DNA from: Gemmatimonadales bacterium
Lineage (GTDB): Bacteria; Gemmatimonadota; Gemmatimonadetes; Gemmatimonadales; GWC2-71-9
Assembly: GCA_036741715.1 (NCBI GenBank)
Contig: DAINRR010000005.1
Location: 25,203-89,202, forward strand
Length of the DNA: 64,000 nucleotides
Reading direction: 5' to 3'
The notes beneath the pieces were generated by a model. The model was not told where the DNA came from, did not search any database, and saw only the letters and a list, made by a program, of their open reading frames with translations. Made by a program: the position numbers and the translations under genes. This document shows, piece by piece, positions 9,177-19,600 of this stretch (its first letter is position 1; each line of letters begins with the position of its first letter).

Positions 9177-11186
9177 TCAGTCGCGACGTCCCATGCCTTC
9201 GATTGGCCGTCCGCGCGCGTGCCTGGGCGCCGGCATCCGGAGCCAGGCACTCGCGGTCGGCGCCGCATCGATCGTGCGGGCAGGCGGGAGACGGCCGGCC
9301 GCTACCGCGGCACCCACGGCACAGAACGCGGTATGCATGTCGGCAGCAGTGGAGGGAAAGCCGTGGTCCGCGCCGACCCACCCGGACCCGGCCGCAGGAC
9401 CTGTGGTGCTGCGGGACCAGACGTACCCCGGCGCCGTCTCGTAATACAACTGGCCGCCGACCGGCCCGCCGCGACCCAGCGAGTCCGGTCCGCGCACCTG
9501 CCACGTCCGGGTGACGACCGGAATTCCATCCTCGCCACGCACCGCCCGCAGCGCGCTGTCGGCGCGCTCGAGGACACTCGCCACCGAGTCCGGCGCCACC
9601 ACGCCGTCGAGCCAGTCCGTCGTATTGACCGAGACATACAATCCATCGGGCGAGTAGGCCTCCGTGCGCGATGCGATGGCGCGGCCGGAATCGTCCGTCG
9701 CCAGGAGCCCGGCCGCCGTGAGCGCGACGTTCGGACGAAAGACGCGCCACGTCGGCCGCATCCCGTGATCCCCGGACACGAAGAGCACGGCGCTGCTGTC
9801 GCCGTCGACGAGACGGCGGAGACCCTCGAGTTTCACGTCCACCAGTTCCCACGCGCGCTCGCGCATCGCCTGGATCGCCCCGGCGAGCGGCTCGCGGTAC
9901 GCCGGTGAGTCGCGCGCCACGAAGCCGTACCACATGTGATCGACTTCGTCCGCGACCGGGAAGTAGTCGAGCATCAGGTCCGGCCCCTGCGCCCAGCCCC
10001 ATTCACTTCCGCGCATGAACTGCCGCGTCACCAGCTCCAGGCTCTCGAGATAGCGCAGCTCCGCCGTGCCGTCGCCTCCATTCTGCAGCGTCGGCCCGAG
10101 CTGGCCGTCGATCAGGAGGTTCTGCGCGCCGTTTCCCACCCACCCGCCGATCGCATCCCCATAGGCGCGCGCCTCCGCAGCGTGGTTCGACTCGACCACG
10201 GATGGGGCAGGCTGGAAGATGAGGAAGCGCGAAGCGTCGGGGGCGAGCGCGAAGACGCGGATCCGGAGATGGACGCGGCCGGCCTCGACATCGAGCGGCA
10301 GTGCCTCCGAGAAGTGCCGCGCGAGCGGGTGCGCCCGCACGGAACCGCGCTCGGGCGGCGCGGCGTGCGCCACCACACCGGATGCCGCATCGCGGGTCGG
10401 AGAGAGGAACACCGACTGATACGTTCCCCGGCCGAAGATCAGCGCGAACACGGAGTCGCCTCCGGCGGTCCAGGCGATTTCTCTCGGTGGAATCATCGCG
10501 CCGAGGCGATCGAGGTTGCGCCACCCGATGGCCGGCCGCGGCGGCGAGGTGCGCTCGGTGATGGCCAGGTCGGGACCGTGGAGGCGATTGTATCCGTTGA
10601 GCACGACCGCCCTGGGATCACGAAGCGAGCGCTGCGCGTCCGCTCGAGCGCGCTCGCGCGTGTCGTTCGCGTCATCGGAATCCTGCGCCCCATAGCCGGG
10701 CACTCCCGGGGCCTGCGTCGTATGGTGCGCGACCACCCGCCGGCCGGCCAGCGCGGCAGTGACCCAGATGGGTTCCGCGCGGAGCGCGGCGGATCCGTAC
10801 CCGGAGGTCCCCTCGGTGATGCGATGACGATCACGCGGCAGCGCCGGCTGCCAGTTCGCCGCGATGCCGTTGACGTCTCCGTACGCGCCGGTCCAGAGTG
10901 ACGCATGCGATGCGGCTGTCTTGCTCGGCCACGCCGGCAGCGCGTACTCGGCGCATGCGCCATCACTGAACAGCGCGCGGAACGCCGGCACGGCATGCGC
11001 CGGCAGCGTCTCCAGGGCGCGCCGTTCGTTCAGGGCGTCGAAGCTGACCAGAATGGCGCGACGATGGGAGGGTGCCGGTTGCGGGACGTCGGACTCGGAA
11101 GCGGGCCGTGCGCAGCCTGCCAGCAGAAGGACGATTCCGGCAGTGCGGGCGCGAGCGTGCCAGCGGCCCGGAGTGCCTTCAGACAA
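9177..11186 (-). CDS. alkaline-phosphatase superfamily, nucleotide pyrophosphatase/phosphodiesterase (NPP)-like lipoprotein
   Basis: Lipobox 'IVLLLAGC'. NPP blocks are 'ILVSFDALN', 'PSKTAASHASLWTGAYGDVNGI' (Thr nucleophile) and 'VLFVSGDHGM'. The start is TTG at 11186, which overlaps the stop of the upstream M24 gene by 8 nt. Confidence 0.85.
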   Translation of the reverse strand: MSEGTPGRWHARARTAGIVLLLAGCARPASESDVPQPAPSHRRAILVSFDALNERRALETLPAHAVPAFRALFSDGACAEYALPAWPSKTAASHASLWTGAYGDVNGIAANWQPALPRDRHRITEGTSGYGSAALRAEPIWVTAALAGRRVVAHHTTQAPGVPGYGAQDSDDANDTRERARADAQRSLRDPRAVVLNGYNRLHGPDLAITERTSPPRPAIGWRNLDRLGAMIPPREIAWTAGGDSVFALIFGRGTYQSVFLSPTRDAASGVVAHAAPPERGSVRAHPLARHFSEALPLDVEAGRVHLRIRVFALAPDASRFLIFQPAPSVVESNHAAEARAYGDAIGGWVGNGAQNLLIDGQLGPTLQNGGDGTAELRYLESLELVTRQFMRGSEWGWAQGPDLMLDYFPVADEVDHMWYGFVARDSPAYREPLAGAIQAMRERAWELVDVKLEGLRRLVDGDSSAVLFVSGDHGMRPTWRVFRPNVALTAAGLLATDDSGRAIASRTEAYSPDGLYVSVNTTDWLDGVVAPDSVASVLERADSALRAVRGEDGIPVVTRTWQVRGPDSLGRGGPVGGQLYYETAPGYVWSRSTTGPAAGSGWVGADHGFPSTAADMHTAFCAVGAAVAAGRLPPARTIDAAPTASAWLRMPAPRHARGRPIEGMGRRD

Positions 11187-12363
11187 CGATCAGCTCGCGC
11201 TGGTAATCCCGCGGCGTGACATCGAGGCCATCGGCGCGTGCATGCGCGTTCACTTCGCTGCGGAGCCCGATCTCCCCCGCGATGTAGATGCCCGGCTCGA
11301 TCGAGAACCCGCTCCCCGGCAGGATCTGCCGGCCGTCGTAGCTCTCGGTGTCGTCGATCGTGGGTCCGTAACCGTGGAGGCCGAACCGGTCGATCGAGTG
11401 CCCGGTGCGGCAGATGATCCGGTCGCCGAAACCGGCGTCGTCGATCACCTGCCGCGCAGCGCGATCCGCTTCGGCCCCCGTCACCGGCGTTCCCGCCGCG
11501 AGTCGCGACTGCAGGAGATCGATGGCCGCATCCCGCGCGCTCCGTACGATCGTCCAGAGGACGCCTGCGCGTTCGGAGGGCGGACCGAACGATGCCATCC
11601 ACGTCTGGTCGGCGAACACGCCGCCAGGCTCCCTGGCCCACAGGTCGAGCAGCATCAGGGCTCCGGGCACGAGCGGCGCCGACCCTTCCGGCGGCGCATC
11701 GTAGTGGGCGCGCGCCGCGTGCGGTCCGTACGACACGCTGGGCGACCACACCGTCTCGAGCCCCGTCCGCTCGAAGGCCTGCATGATCCAGGTAGTGAGG
11801 GCGTGCTCGGACAACGGCTCATCGGTGCGAGAACGCTCGCCGGCGAGCGCTATCGCGGAGCGCGCGATGTCGGCGATCGCCTCTGCCGCGCGCAGGTGAC
11901 TGGCCAGATCCGCCGGAGTCCACGCCGAGCAGCACCGCGTCACGAGCTCGGCCGACGAGACCGGCGTGGCACCCGCCGCGCGCACGAGCTCGAGCGTGCC
12001 GGCGGGGACATAGTCGCCATAGGGCACGTTTCCCTGCGGCGAATATTCCATCGCGACGGTCCTGCCGCCGACGAGCGCCGCGAGCTCGCGCGCCAGCGCC
12101 TCGCGGCGAATCCAGACGATCTTCCGCCACTCGGCGGGCCAGCCTCGCCAGAGCTCCGCGTCGACCGCATGCACGATGGCCGTCGGCGTTCCATCACGCG
12201 GCACCCACACGTACGCGCGCCGGGAGCCCACCACTTCCGGACCCGCGACGGCAGCCATGACCGGGTTGATGCCGCGGAAATCGAAGAGCAGCCAGCCGTC
12301 CAGGGCGTCGGACGCATCGGCGAGGGCGGCGTGCAGTCTGGGGAGCTCGGACGGATTCAGCAT
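11179..12363 (-). CDS. M24 family metallopeptidase (Xaa-Pro dipeptidase/aminopeptidase-like)
   Basis: I trimmed the start to ATG 12363 (MLNPSELPRL). The pita-bread C-terminal half has 'LLDLWA', 'ADQTWM', 'GHSID', 'FSIEPGIY', 'RSEVN'. The upstream 170 codons of the track ORF are Arg-rich and implausible. Confidence 0.85.
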   Translation of the reverse strand: MLNPSELPRLHAALADASDALDGWLLFDFRGINPVMAAVAGPEVVGSRRAYVWVPRDGTPTAIVHAVDAELWRGWPAEWRKIVWIRREALARELAALVGGRTVAMEYSPQGNVPYGDYVPAGTLELVRAAGATPVSSAELVTRCCSAWTPADLASHLRAAEAIADIARSAIALAGERSRTDEPLSEHALTTWIMQAFERTGLETVWSPSVSYGPHAARAHYDAPPEGSAPLVPGALMLLDLWAREPGGVFADQTWMASFGPPSERAGVLWTIVRSARDAAIDLLQSRLAAGTPVTGAEADRAARQVIDDAGFGDRIICRTGHSIDRFGLHGYGPTIDDTESYDGRQILPGSGFSIEPGIYIAGEIGLRSEVNAHARADGLDVTPRDYQRELIVV

Positions 12364-12473
12364 GATCGGAATCTGCAGGGGATCGGGTGCGTGCGGTAGA
12401 CAGCCGGCGACAAGTGCGCACGGGAAACGGCCAGGGGCGAAAGGCTTCGTGCTCGCGAGCAGATGGTGGCGGC

Positions 12474-13076
12474 CTACCCCACGTTCCCCTTCCACTGAAC
12501 GACCCGGTACACGTACCCGAAGGCCAGCACGATGAGAATTCCATTCGTCACCGGGCCGAGATAGCGCTCGACCGCCGCGTGATTCTCGCCGAGCAGGCTT
12601 CCGGCAGCTGCCAGCGCAGCGGTCCAGACGAGCGAGCCGATCGCCGAGAAGAGCAGGAACTTCGGCAATGGCATGCCCGCGACTCCCGCCGGCACCGAGA
12701 TGAGCGTGCGGACCGCCGGAATCAGCCGGCCGAAAAGGACCGCCTTGGTACAGTGCTTCTCGAACCACTGCTGCGCCTTCTCGACGTCGCCCGGGGCGAG
12801 TGCGAGCCACCGCCCGTGCTTTCGGGACCACGCGGCCAGGCGCCGGATCCCGATCCAGTGACCGATCCCGTACCACGGCAGCGTACCGAGCACCGAGCCG
12901 AGTGAGCCCGCGAGGATGACGATCGGGAGGCTGAGCTCTCCCTTGCCCGCCGTGTATCCGGCGAGCGGCATGATCACTTCCGACGGAATCGGCGGGAAGA
13001 CGTTCTCCAGCAGCATGAGCGCAGCCACCGCGAAATAGCCGCCGCTCTCGAGGAGCCCCGTGATCCAGTCGTGCAT
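12474..13076 (-). CDS. DedA/SNARE-associated family membrane protein
   Basis: 'LLENVFPPIPSEVIMPLAGY' and 'FGRLIPAVRTLISVPAG' are hallmark DedA motifs. Confidence 0.9.
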   Translation of the reverse strand: MHDWITGLLESGGYFAVAALMLLENVFPPIPSEVIMPLAGYTAGKGELSLPIVILAGSLGSVLGTLPWYGIGHWIGIRRLAAWSRKHGRWLALAPGDVEKAQQWFEKHCTKAVLFGRLIPAVRTLISVPAGVAGMPLPKFLLFSAIGSLVWTAALAAAGSLLGENHAAVERYLGPVTNGILIVLAFGYVYRVVQWKGNVG

Positions 13077-13083
13077 CCGCGCG

Positions 13084-13644
13084 TCAGCGCTGCGTGAGCG
13101 CGGCGACCCAGCGCGCGAATGCCTCCCCGAACTTCCGCAGGAAATCGCGCGTGCTCTCGTTCACCAGCCTGCCGTCCGGTCCCAGCAGCGTCATCGCGTT
13201 GGCGATGTACGCCTCCGGGTGCGCCATGGCGGGCGCATTCACCGCCATGAGCGCCTGGCGCAGGTGATGATTCGCGCCCAGTGCGCCAAGTCCGCCGGTG
13301 GTGACGCTGATGATCGCGGCCGGCCTGCCACTCCATGCATTCTGGGTCTTCGGCCGGGATCCGACGTCGATGGCGTTCTTGAGCACGCCGGGAATCGATC
13401 GGTTGTACTCCGGCGTCGCGAAGAGCAGCGCGTCTTTCGAGCGGATGCGCTCGCGGAACGCGATCCACTCGGGCGGCCGCTCGGGCGCGTCCTCGAGATC
13501 CTGGTTGTATAAAGGAAGGGCGCCGATGTCGATTGTTTCGAAGGCGAGGGTTTCGGGCGCGAGCTCCATGAGCGCGTTGGCGATCTTCCGGGTGAAGGAC
13601 TCACGCCGGAGGCTGCCGATCACGGTGGCGACGGTATATGTCAT
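13084..13644 (-). CDS. NADPH-dependent FMN reductase (ChrR/YieF-like)
   Basis: Start trimmed to ATG 13644 (MTYTVATVIGSLR). 'FATPEYNRSIPGVLKNAID' is the family signature. Confidence 0.9.
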   Translation of the reverse strand: MTYTVATVIGSLRRESFTRKIANALMELAPETLAFETIDIGALPLYNQDLEDAPERPPEWIAFRERIRSKDALLFATPEYNRSIPGVLKNAIDVGSRPKTQNAWSGRPAAIISVTTGGLGALGANHHLRQALMAVNAPAMAHPEAYIANAMTLLGPDGRLVNESTRDFLRKFGEAFARWVAALTQR

Positions 13645-13728
13645 GCAGGATGGTAACACTGGTGGTGCCGATTCACCTGCGAGCAGCACTCCACGCAGCG
13701 ACGATGATGCTGGGCACTTCGGCGTGGT

Positions 13729-14751
13729 TCAGATCGCGCCCGTCGGCACCTCGAGCCGGCTGAGGAGCCCGAGGATCAGGGCAAGGCCTGCGTAAAGGCC
13801 GAGCATCGCGTTGTCGCCCTCGTCGGGCGCCTGGGACAATGCGTTGACGACCCCCGCAATACCGAGGAGGAAGAGGAGCGGCTCGGCGGTGAGGAACCAG
13901 ACGCCACCGAGCACGGCTACGGCCGTCCACCGCTGCCGCCGCGAGAGCGCGCGGAAGCCGCGCCCCCCGTCGAGCTGCCAGACGGGGAGGAGATTGAACA
14001 GGTTGATCCACGCGCCGAACCGCGCGATGGCAGCCCAGATCGGGGCGCCGGTGGCGAGATGGATCCCGAGCGCGGCGAGTGCCGCCCCGAGCCCCCAGAG
14101 CGGACCCGCGAGGCCGACCCGTGCATCTTCGCCGACCGTCGCCGGGTGCTGGTGCAGTCGCACGATGGCGCCGAAGCCCGGAATGAACATCGGCGCGCTC
14201 GCCCTGATGCCGAAGTGCCGGAGCGCGGCGACGTGGCCCATCTCGTGGATGTAGATCGAGCCCACGATTCCGAACGCGAACTTCCATCCCCAGAGACTCC
14301 AGTACACCCCGGCCGCGGCGAGCATCGAGAGCAGGGTCGACGCCTTCGTGAGCCCGAGGAGCAGGAACTTCGCCTTGGTCAGCACGAAGACGAGGATGAA
14401 CTTGAGCTTCCAGAGAATGAGGGCGAGGCCGAAGAGCCACGGTCCCAATCGCCGAAGCGCCGCTGGCGGCGCGGGCGCCGCCTCGGCGCCTGCGCCGGCC
14501 GCCACCAGCGCGGCCACCCGGCGCTGGACCGACTCGGCCTGTGGTGCGTCGGCCGGAAGCAGCGACAGCGCCATGCGCCACGCGCCGAGCGCTTCCTCTC
14601 GCCGCCCGCCGGTCTCGAGCTCGGCCGCCTCGCGCGCAAGGCGTGAGAGCTCGGCTGCGTGCGCGAGCGCTCGGCACGCGGGACAGCGAAGGAGGGCGGG
14701 GGCGAGCTCCGTGCCGCAACTCGCACAGACGGTGGATGCGTAGCTGGTCAT
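13729..14751 (-). CDS. M50 (site-2 protease) family zinc metalloprotease with N-terminal zinc-ribbon
   Basis: Start is ATG 14751, overlapping the upstream stop (ATGA). It has 'CASCGTEL...CPAC' ribbon, 'HEMGH' and 'NLLPVWQLDGG' catalytic motifs, and is multi-TM. Confidence 0.85.
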   Translation of the reverse strand: MTSYASTVCASCGTELAPALLRCPACRALAHAAELSRLAREAAELETGGRREEALGAWRMALSLLPADAPQAESVQRRVAALVAAGAGAEAAPAPPAALRRLGPWLFGLALILWKLKFILVFVLTKAKFLLLGLTKASTLLSMLAAAGVYWSLWGWKFAFGIVGSIYIHEMGHVAALRHFGIRASAPMFIPGFGAIVRLHQHPATVGEDARVGLAGPLWGLGAALAALGIHLATGAPIWAAIARFGAWINLFNLLPVWQLDGGRGFRALSRRQRWTAVAVLGGVWFLTAEPLLFLLGIAGVVNALSQAPDEGDNAMLGLYAGLALILGLLSRLEVPTGAI

Positions 14752-15416
14752 GACCCCTGCGGTGCTCCGGCCCGCGCGCCGCCCACGGCATAGGGACCCG
14801 AGATCACGAGCGGACGCCGCGCATTCATCTGCCAGGCCTGCCAGAGGGCGAATCCGATGATGAGAAGGCCGATGATGTTCTTCAGCCCCGCGAGAAACGG
14901 GGCCGCCAGCGCCGTCAGGAGGATGACCGCTCCCTCGAGCGGACCGAGCCCGACATCCGGCGAGCCGCCGAATGCATCGAGGATATACGGGATGTACGTG
15001 CTGACGATCGCGACGTACGTGAGCCCCACGGCGAGTATCTGGTAGACTCGGCCACCGCGATGGCGTGACCCGAGCTGAACGGCGCGTCCCACCAGCCACC
15101 CGACCGCGATGGCGACGAGCCCGATCTCATACCCCGTGAGCGCCACGATGCCGTAGTAGAGGGCCGCCCCGGCGGCCGCGCCGCCGAAACCATAGACGAG
15201 AGCGCGCGTGAACCGGCCGCCGGGGCTTCCTTCATCGATTTCCGACGCGAGTGCCGCGCTGCATGCCTGGCAGACGATAGCGCCCGCCACCTCGAAGTAC
15301 TCGGACTCGATCGCCTGTCCGCACCGGGCGCACGCCGGGGCGGCCGGGGCGTCGGTCGGTGCCTCGTCGAATCGCAGATCGGTGTCGAGCCGCTCGCTGG
15401 CGGATTCAGGATACAT
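14748..15416 (-). CDS. membrane protein with N-terminal zinc-ribbon, unknown function
   Basis: 'CARCGQAIESEYFEVAGAIVCQAC' is followed by about 5 hydrophobic helices. It is translationally coupled to the M50 gene. Confidence 0.7.
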   Translation of the reverse strand: MYPESASERLDTDLRFDEAPTDAPAAPACARCGQAIESEYFEVAGAIVCQACSAALASEIDEGSPGGRFTRALVYGFGGAAAGAALYYGIVALTGYEIGLVAIAVGWLVGRAVQLGSRHRGGRVYQILAVGLTYVAIVSTYIPYILDAFGGSPDVGLGPLEGAVILLTALAAPFLAGLKNIIGLLIIGFALWQAWQMNARRPLVISGPYAVGGARAGAPQGS

Positions 15417-15562
15417 GCGCGGTCCTTTCGCCGGCGGTCACGCGACGCGACCCTCCCCGGCAGAGGCCGGGACGTGCGGACTCGAAGCTCGATCTCGCTG
15501 TCGGGGGTCGCGTGAAAGATACATCCCTGACGCGCCGCGCAATCGGGCGGTAGTTTCGCCGG

Positions 15563-16105
15563 GTGCCGGACGAACCTGCCCTGACCACTCGCAGCGGTCG
15601 CCGCGTCGTGAAACGCCTGCTGATCGCCGGCGGCGCGCTCCTCGCGCTCGTCGCCCTGGTCACGGCAATCGGCTCGGCGCTCCCGATCCGGCACACGGCA
15701 GCGCTCGAATCGGTCTTTCCCGCCCCGCGTAATTCGCTGTACGCCCTGATCACCGACGTGGCGCGGTACCCTGAGTGGCGCGCGGGTGTCGAGCGCGTCG
15801 AACTGCACCCCGCTGCCGGAAGGCTGCGTTGGGCCGAAACCGGCGCCGACGGGAAAATTCTCTATGAGGCCGTCGAGTCGGTCCCGGGCATTCGGCTGGT
15901 CACGCGCATCGCCGATCCCGGCCTCCCCTTCGGCGGGTCATGGACGTTCGAGCTCGAGGACACGCCTGCGGGGACGCGGCTCCGGATCACCGAGGACGGC
16001 GAGGTGTACAATCCAGTCTTCAGGTTCCTGTCCCGATTCGTGTTCGGCCACGACCGGACGATCGAGCGCTTTCTGGCCGACTTGAGGACCGCGATCGGCA
16101 GCTGA
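15563..16105 (+). CDS. SRPBCC (START/polyketide cyclase-like) family protein with N-terminal TM anchor
   Basis: TM segment LLIAGGALLALVALVTAIG, then 'LYALITDVARYPEWRAGV...WTFELEDTPAGTRLRITEDGEVYNPVFRFL', typical of the SRPBCC fold. Confidence 0.8.
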   Translation: MPDEPALTTRSGRRVVKRLLIAGGALLALVALVTAIGSALPIRHTAALESVFPAPRNSLYALITDVARYPEWRAGVERVELHPAAGRLRWAETGADGKILYEAVESVPGIRLVTRIADPGLPFGGSWTFELEDTPAGTRLRITEDGEVYNPVFRFLSRFVFGHDRTIERFLADLRTAIGS

Positions 16106-16142
16106 TCCGCGCCGGTCTCGCCCCCGGCTCTGCGACCGTTTG

Positions 16143-16364
16143 CTACATCGGTCGGGTCAGCGAGTGCGTCGGGGCGCAGCCGAACAGCCCGAACCGGCCG
16201 AGGATCCGCTCGAGCGGGCAGAAGTTCGTGAACGACGACTGCAGCAGGTTGAAGCCGACGAAGGCTGTGAAGAACAGCCACGCCGGATTCACCAGCCAGC
16301 CGAGCAGCAGCGAGCCGAGCACGAAGAGGCCGGCGATGCGCCGGATGATGCGATCGTTGCACAT
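16143..16364 (-). CDS. DUF2892 (YgaP-like) small membrane protein
   Basis: This is the last 73 codons of track ORF 16143-16586, starting at ATG 16364. 'RIIRRIAGLFVLGSLLLGW...FFTAFVGFNLLQSSFTNFCPLE' matches the two-TM DUF2892 pattern. Confidence 0.75.
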   Translation of the reverse strand: MCNDRIIRRIAGLFVLGSLLLGWLVNPAWLFFTAFVGFNLLQSSFTNFCPLERILGRFGLFGCAPTHSLTRPM

Positions 16365-16375
16365 GCAGCACGCTC

Positions 16376-16666
16376 CTAGAGAAATCGTTCGACCGGCAGC
16401 TCCGCCACGTGAAGGCGCTCGCCGGGCACCGCATCCGAAGTCTGGTCGCGCAGTGCGGCGATGACCGACTCGATCACCGTTTCGTCCGCGACCGAGAAAT
16501 AGACTTCCGAGTCCCCGGGCCAGGCGCGCGTTCCCTCGCGCCGCCCGCTCCTCCCTGCACCCCGCCCCTCGGCGAGCTGCGTCCACCCCGACACACCGAT
16601 CCGGTCGAGAATTGCCGGGACGAGGTCGCGCCTGGGCCCGCCGTAGATCACGACCAGCATTTTCAT
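16376..16666 (-). CDS. small PII-like/DUF3240-like protein at the end of the RND operon
   Basis: ATG 16666 overlaps the RND stop (ATGA). The 96-aa MKMLVVIYGG...LDRIGVSGWTQL...VYFSVADETVIESVIAALRD has a beta-alpha-beta pattern. The family assignment is tentative. Confidence 0.6.
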   Translation of the reverse strand: MKMLVVIYGGPRRDLVPAILDRIGVSGWTQLAEGRGAGRSGRREGTRAWPGDSEVYFSVADETVIESVIAALRDQTSDAVPGERLHVAELPVERFL

Positions 16667-19600
16667 GGGGTCCGTGTCTCCCGCCGCCGCTGCAGCTCCC
16701 AGTAGAGAAGCGGCACGACGACCATCGTGAGCAGTGTCGCCACCACCGCCCCGCTCATCAGCGCGACGGCAAGGCCCTGGAAGATCGGATCGAGCACCAT
16801 GACGAGCCCGCCGACGACGACAGCCGCCGCGGTGAGCGCAATTGGCCGTGCCCGGACGCTCCCTGCCTCGATCACCGCCTCGGCGAGCGGCGCACCCCGC
16901 TCCTCCGCGAGCTGGATGAAATCCACGAGCAGGATCGAGTTCCGGACGATGATGCCCGCCAGCGCGATCATGCCGATCATCGAGGTCGCCGTGAAGAAGG
17001 CACCGGTGACGGCGTGTCCCGGCAGGATGCCGACCAGCGTGAGCGGAATCGGCGCCATGATGACGAGCGGAATCGTGAACGACTGGAACCAGCCGACCAC
17101 CAGCACATAGATGAGGATGAGAACCGCGGCGAAGGCGATCCCGAGATCCCGGAACACCTCGATGGTGATCTGCCACTCGCCGTCCCATTTCATCGCGGTC
17201 TCGTCGAGGCGTTCGGGCTGCACCGCGTTGTATCGACCGATCTCGGCGCCCCCGACCCGCACGGTGTCGAGCGCCCGGTTCATCGCCAGAATCGCGTACA
17301 CTGGAGACTCGATGGTGCCGGCCACATCGCCGGTCACGTAGATGACCGGACGCAGGTCCTTCCGGAACCGCGCCGGCTCCCTGCGGGCTGAATCCATAGT
17401 CACGAAGCGCGCGAGGGGCTGCGGCCCGCTGGCCGTGGCGACCGGAATCGCCAGCAGGGCCTCCCCGCTCGAGCGCGAGGCGAGCGGAAGCCGCGGCACG
17501 ATGGCCACCGCTTCGCGAGCCGACGGATGGCTCGCAAGCCCGACGACGCCGCCGGAATGTGCCAGCGCCACGGCCTGGGCGATCTGCTCGACACTCGCTC
17601 CCGCCGTGGCTGCGCGCACCCGGTCCACCCGGAAGTCGAGCTGACGCTGCGGCGCCTCGACGGTCCAGTCCACGTCCACCACCCCGCTCGTGGATTCGAA
17701 GACCTCGCGCACCCGGCGCGCCGTCTCGAGCCGGGTCGAGTCGTCCGCCGCATAGATCTCGGCGACGAGCGTCGAAAGCACGGGCGGGCCCGGCGGGATC
17801 TCGGCCACCTTCGCGCTGGCGCCGAAGCGGCGGGCGATCGAGTCGACACCCGGCCGTACGGCGACAGCGATCTCGTGGCTCAGGCGGCTCCGCTCCCCCT
17901 TCTCGAGGAGATTCACCTGCACGTCCGCCACGTTCGAGCCGCGGCGCATGAAGTAGTGCCGCACGAGGCCGTTGAAGTTGAACGGCGCCGCGGTGCCCGC
18001 GTAGACCTCGGTACTCAGCACCTCCGGAATCGTGCGGAGATAGCCCGCCACCTCGGCACCGAGCGCCGCACTCGTCTCCAGCGACGTCCCTTCCGGCAGG
18101 TCGAGCACCACCTGGAACTCACTCTTGTTGTCGAACGGGAGCATCTTCACCGACACGGCCCGCAGCGCAACGAGACCCACCGAGATCACCAGCAGGGCGC
18201 CCACGACACCATAGAAGAGGTGCCGGCGCCGTGGCTGCTCCATGAGCCCCGACATGATGCCCCGGTAGAGGCGGGCAAAACGACTCGGCCGGCCCGCGCC
18301 CGGCCCGCGCTCGTGCCCCCCCGCATGCACATGTCCCCGCAGCAGCCGGAGCGCGAGATACGGAGTCACGATGAACGCGACGCCGAGCGACGCCAGCATC
18401 GCCACGGATGCGCCGACGGGAATCGGCCGCATGTACGGTCCCATGAGGCCGGTCACGAACGCCATCGGCAGGATCGCCGCGATGACGGTGAAGGTGGCGA
18501 GGATCGTCGGGTTCCCGACCTCGTCGACCCCCTCGATCGCCGCGGTGGCGGGGTCCTTCCCGCCCAGCGCGAGGTGCCGGTAGATGTTCTCGACCACGAC
18601 GATGGCGTCGTCCACCAGGATGCCGATCGAGAAGATCAGCGCGAACAGCGTGATCCGGTTGAGCGAGTAGCCGAGCGCGTAATAGGCGAAGAGGGTGAGC
18701 GCGAGAGTGACCGGAACGGCCACCAGCACCACGACCGCCTCCCGCCAGCCGAGGAAGAAACCGATGAGGATCGTGACGGAGAGCGTCGCGATCGCGAGGT
18801 GCAGGATCAGCTCATTCGCTTTTTCGCTTGCCGTTTCGCCGTAGTCGCGCGTCACGGCCACCCCGACATCCGCCGGGAGGATCCGGTTCCGCGCCGCCTC
18901 GACGCGGGCCATGACCGCATGCGCCACCTCGGTCGCATTCGCCCCGGGGCGCTTGGCGACACTGATCGTCACGGCGCTTTCACTCGCGCCGTCCGCCGCT
19001 GCATGCGACACGTAGTCGGTCCGCTCGCCGAACTCCTCCGTGATGGACGCGACGTCCCGCAGGTAGACGGGCTCCGGACCACGCGTCGAGACGATGACGC
19101 TCCCGGCATCGGCCGCCGTGACGAGGGGCGCGCCGACGCGCACCAGGTGCACCTCGTCCGCCGCAGCGAGCTCGCCGGCCTGCAGCCTGACGTTCGCGCT
19201 CCGGAGCGAGGCCGCGACTTCGCCGGGCGTGACACCCGCCGCCGCGAGGCGGCTCGGCTCGAGCGTGACCCGGATCTGCTCCGCCTGCCCCCCGATCACG
19301 GAGGTCGCCGCGACGTCCGGCACCGTGCGGACCTCGTCCTCGAGATGGATGGCGATCGCGCGCAGCTCGTTCGAGCCGTAGCGGCGGGAATGCAGCGTGA
19401 GCGTGAGGATCGGGACGTCGTCGATCGAATGCGGTTTGACCAGCGGGGGCAGCGCGCCGGGAGGGGCCTCGTCCATGGCGGAGAGGAGCCGCGCATGCAC
19501 CTTGACGATGCTGGTCTCCTGGTTCTCCCCGACGTCGAAGCGCACGGTCACCAGGGCCCAGCCGTCGCCGGCCGTCGAGTAGATATGGTCGACGCCGGCG

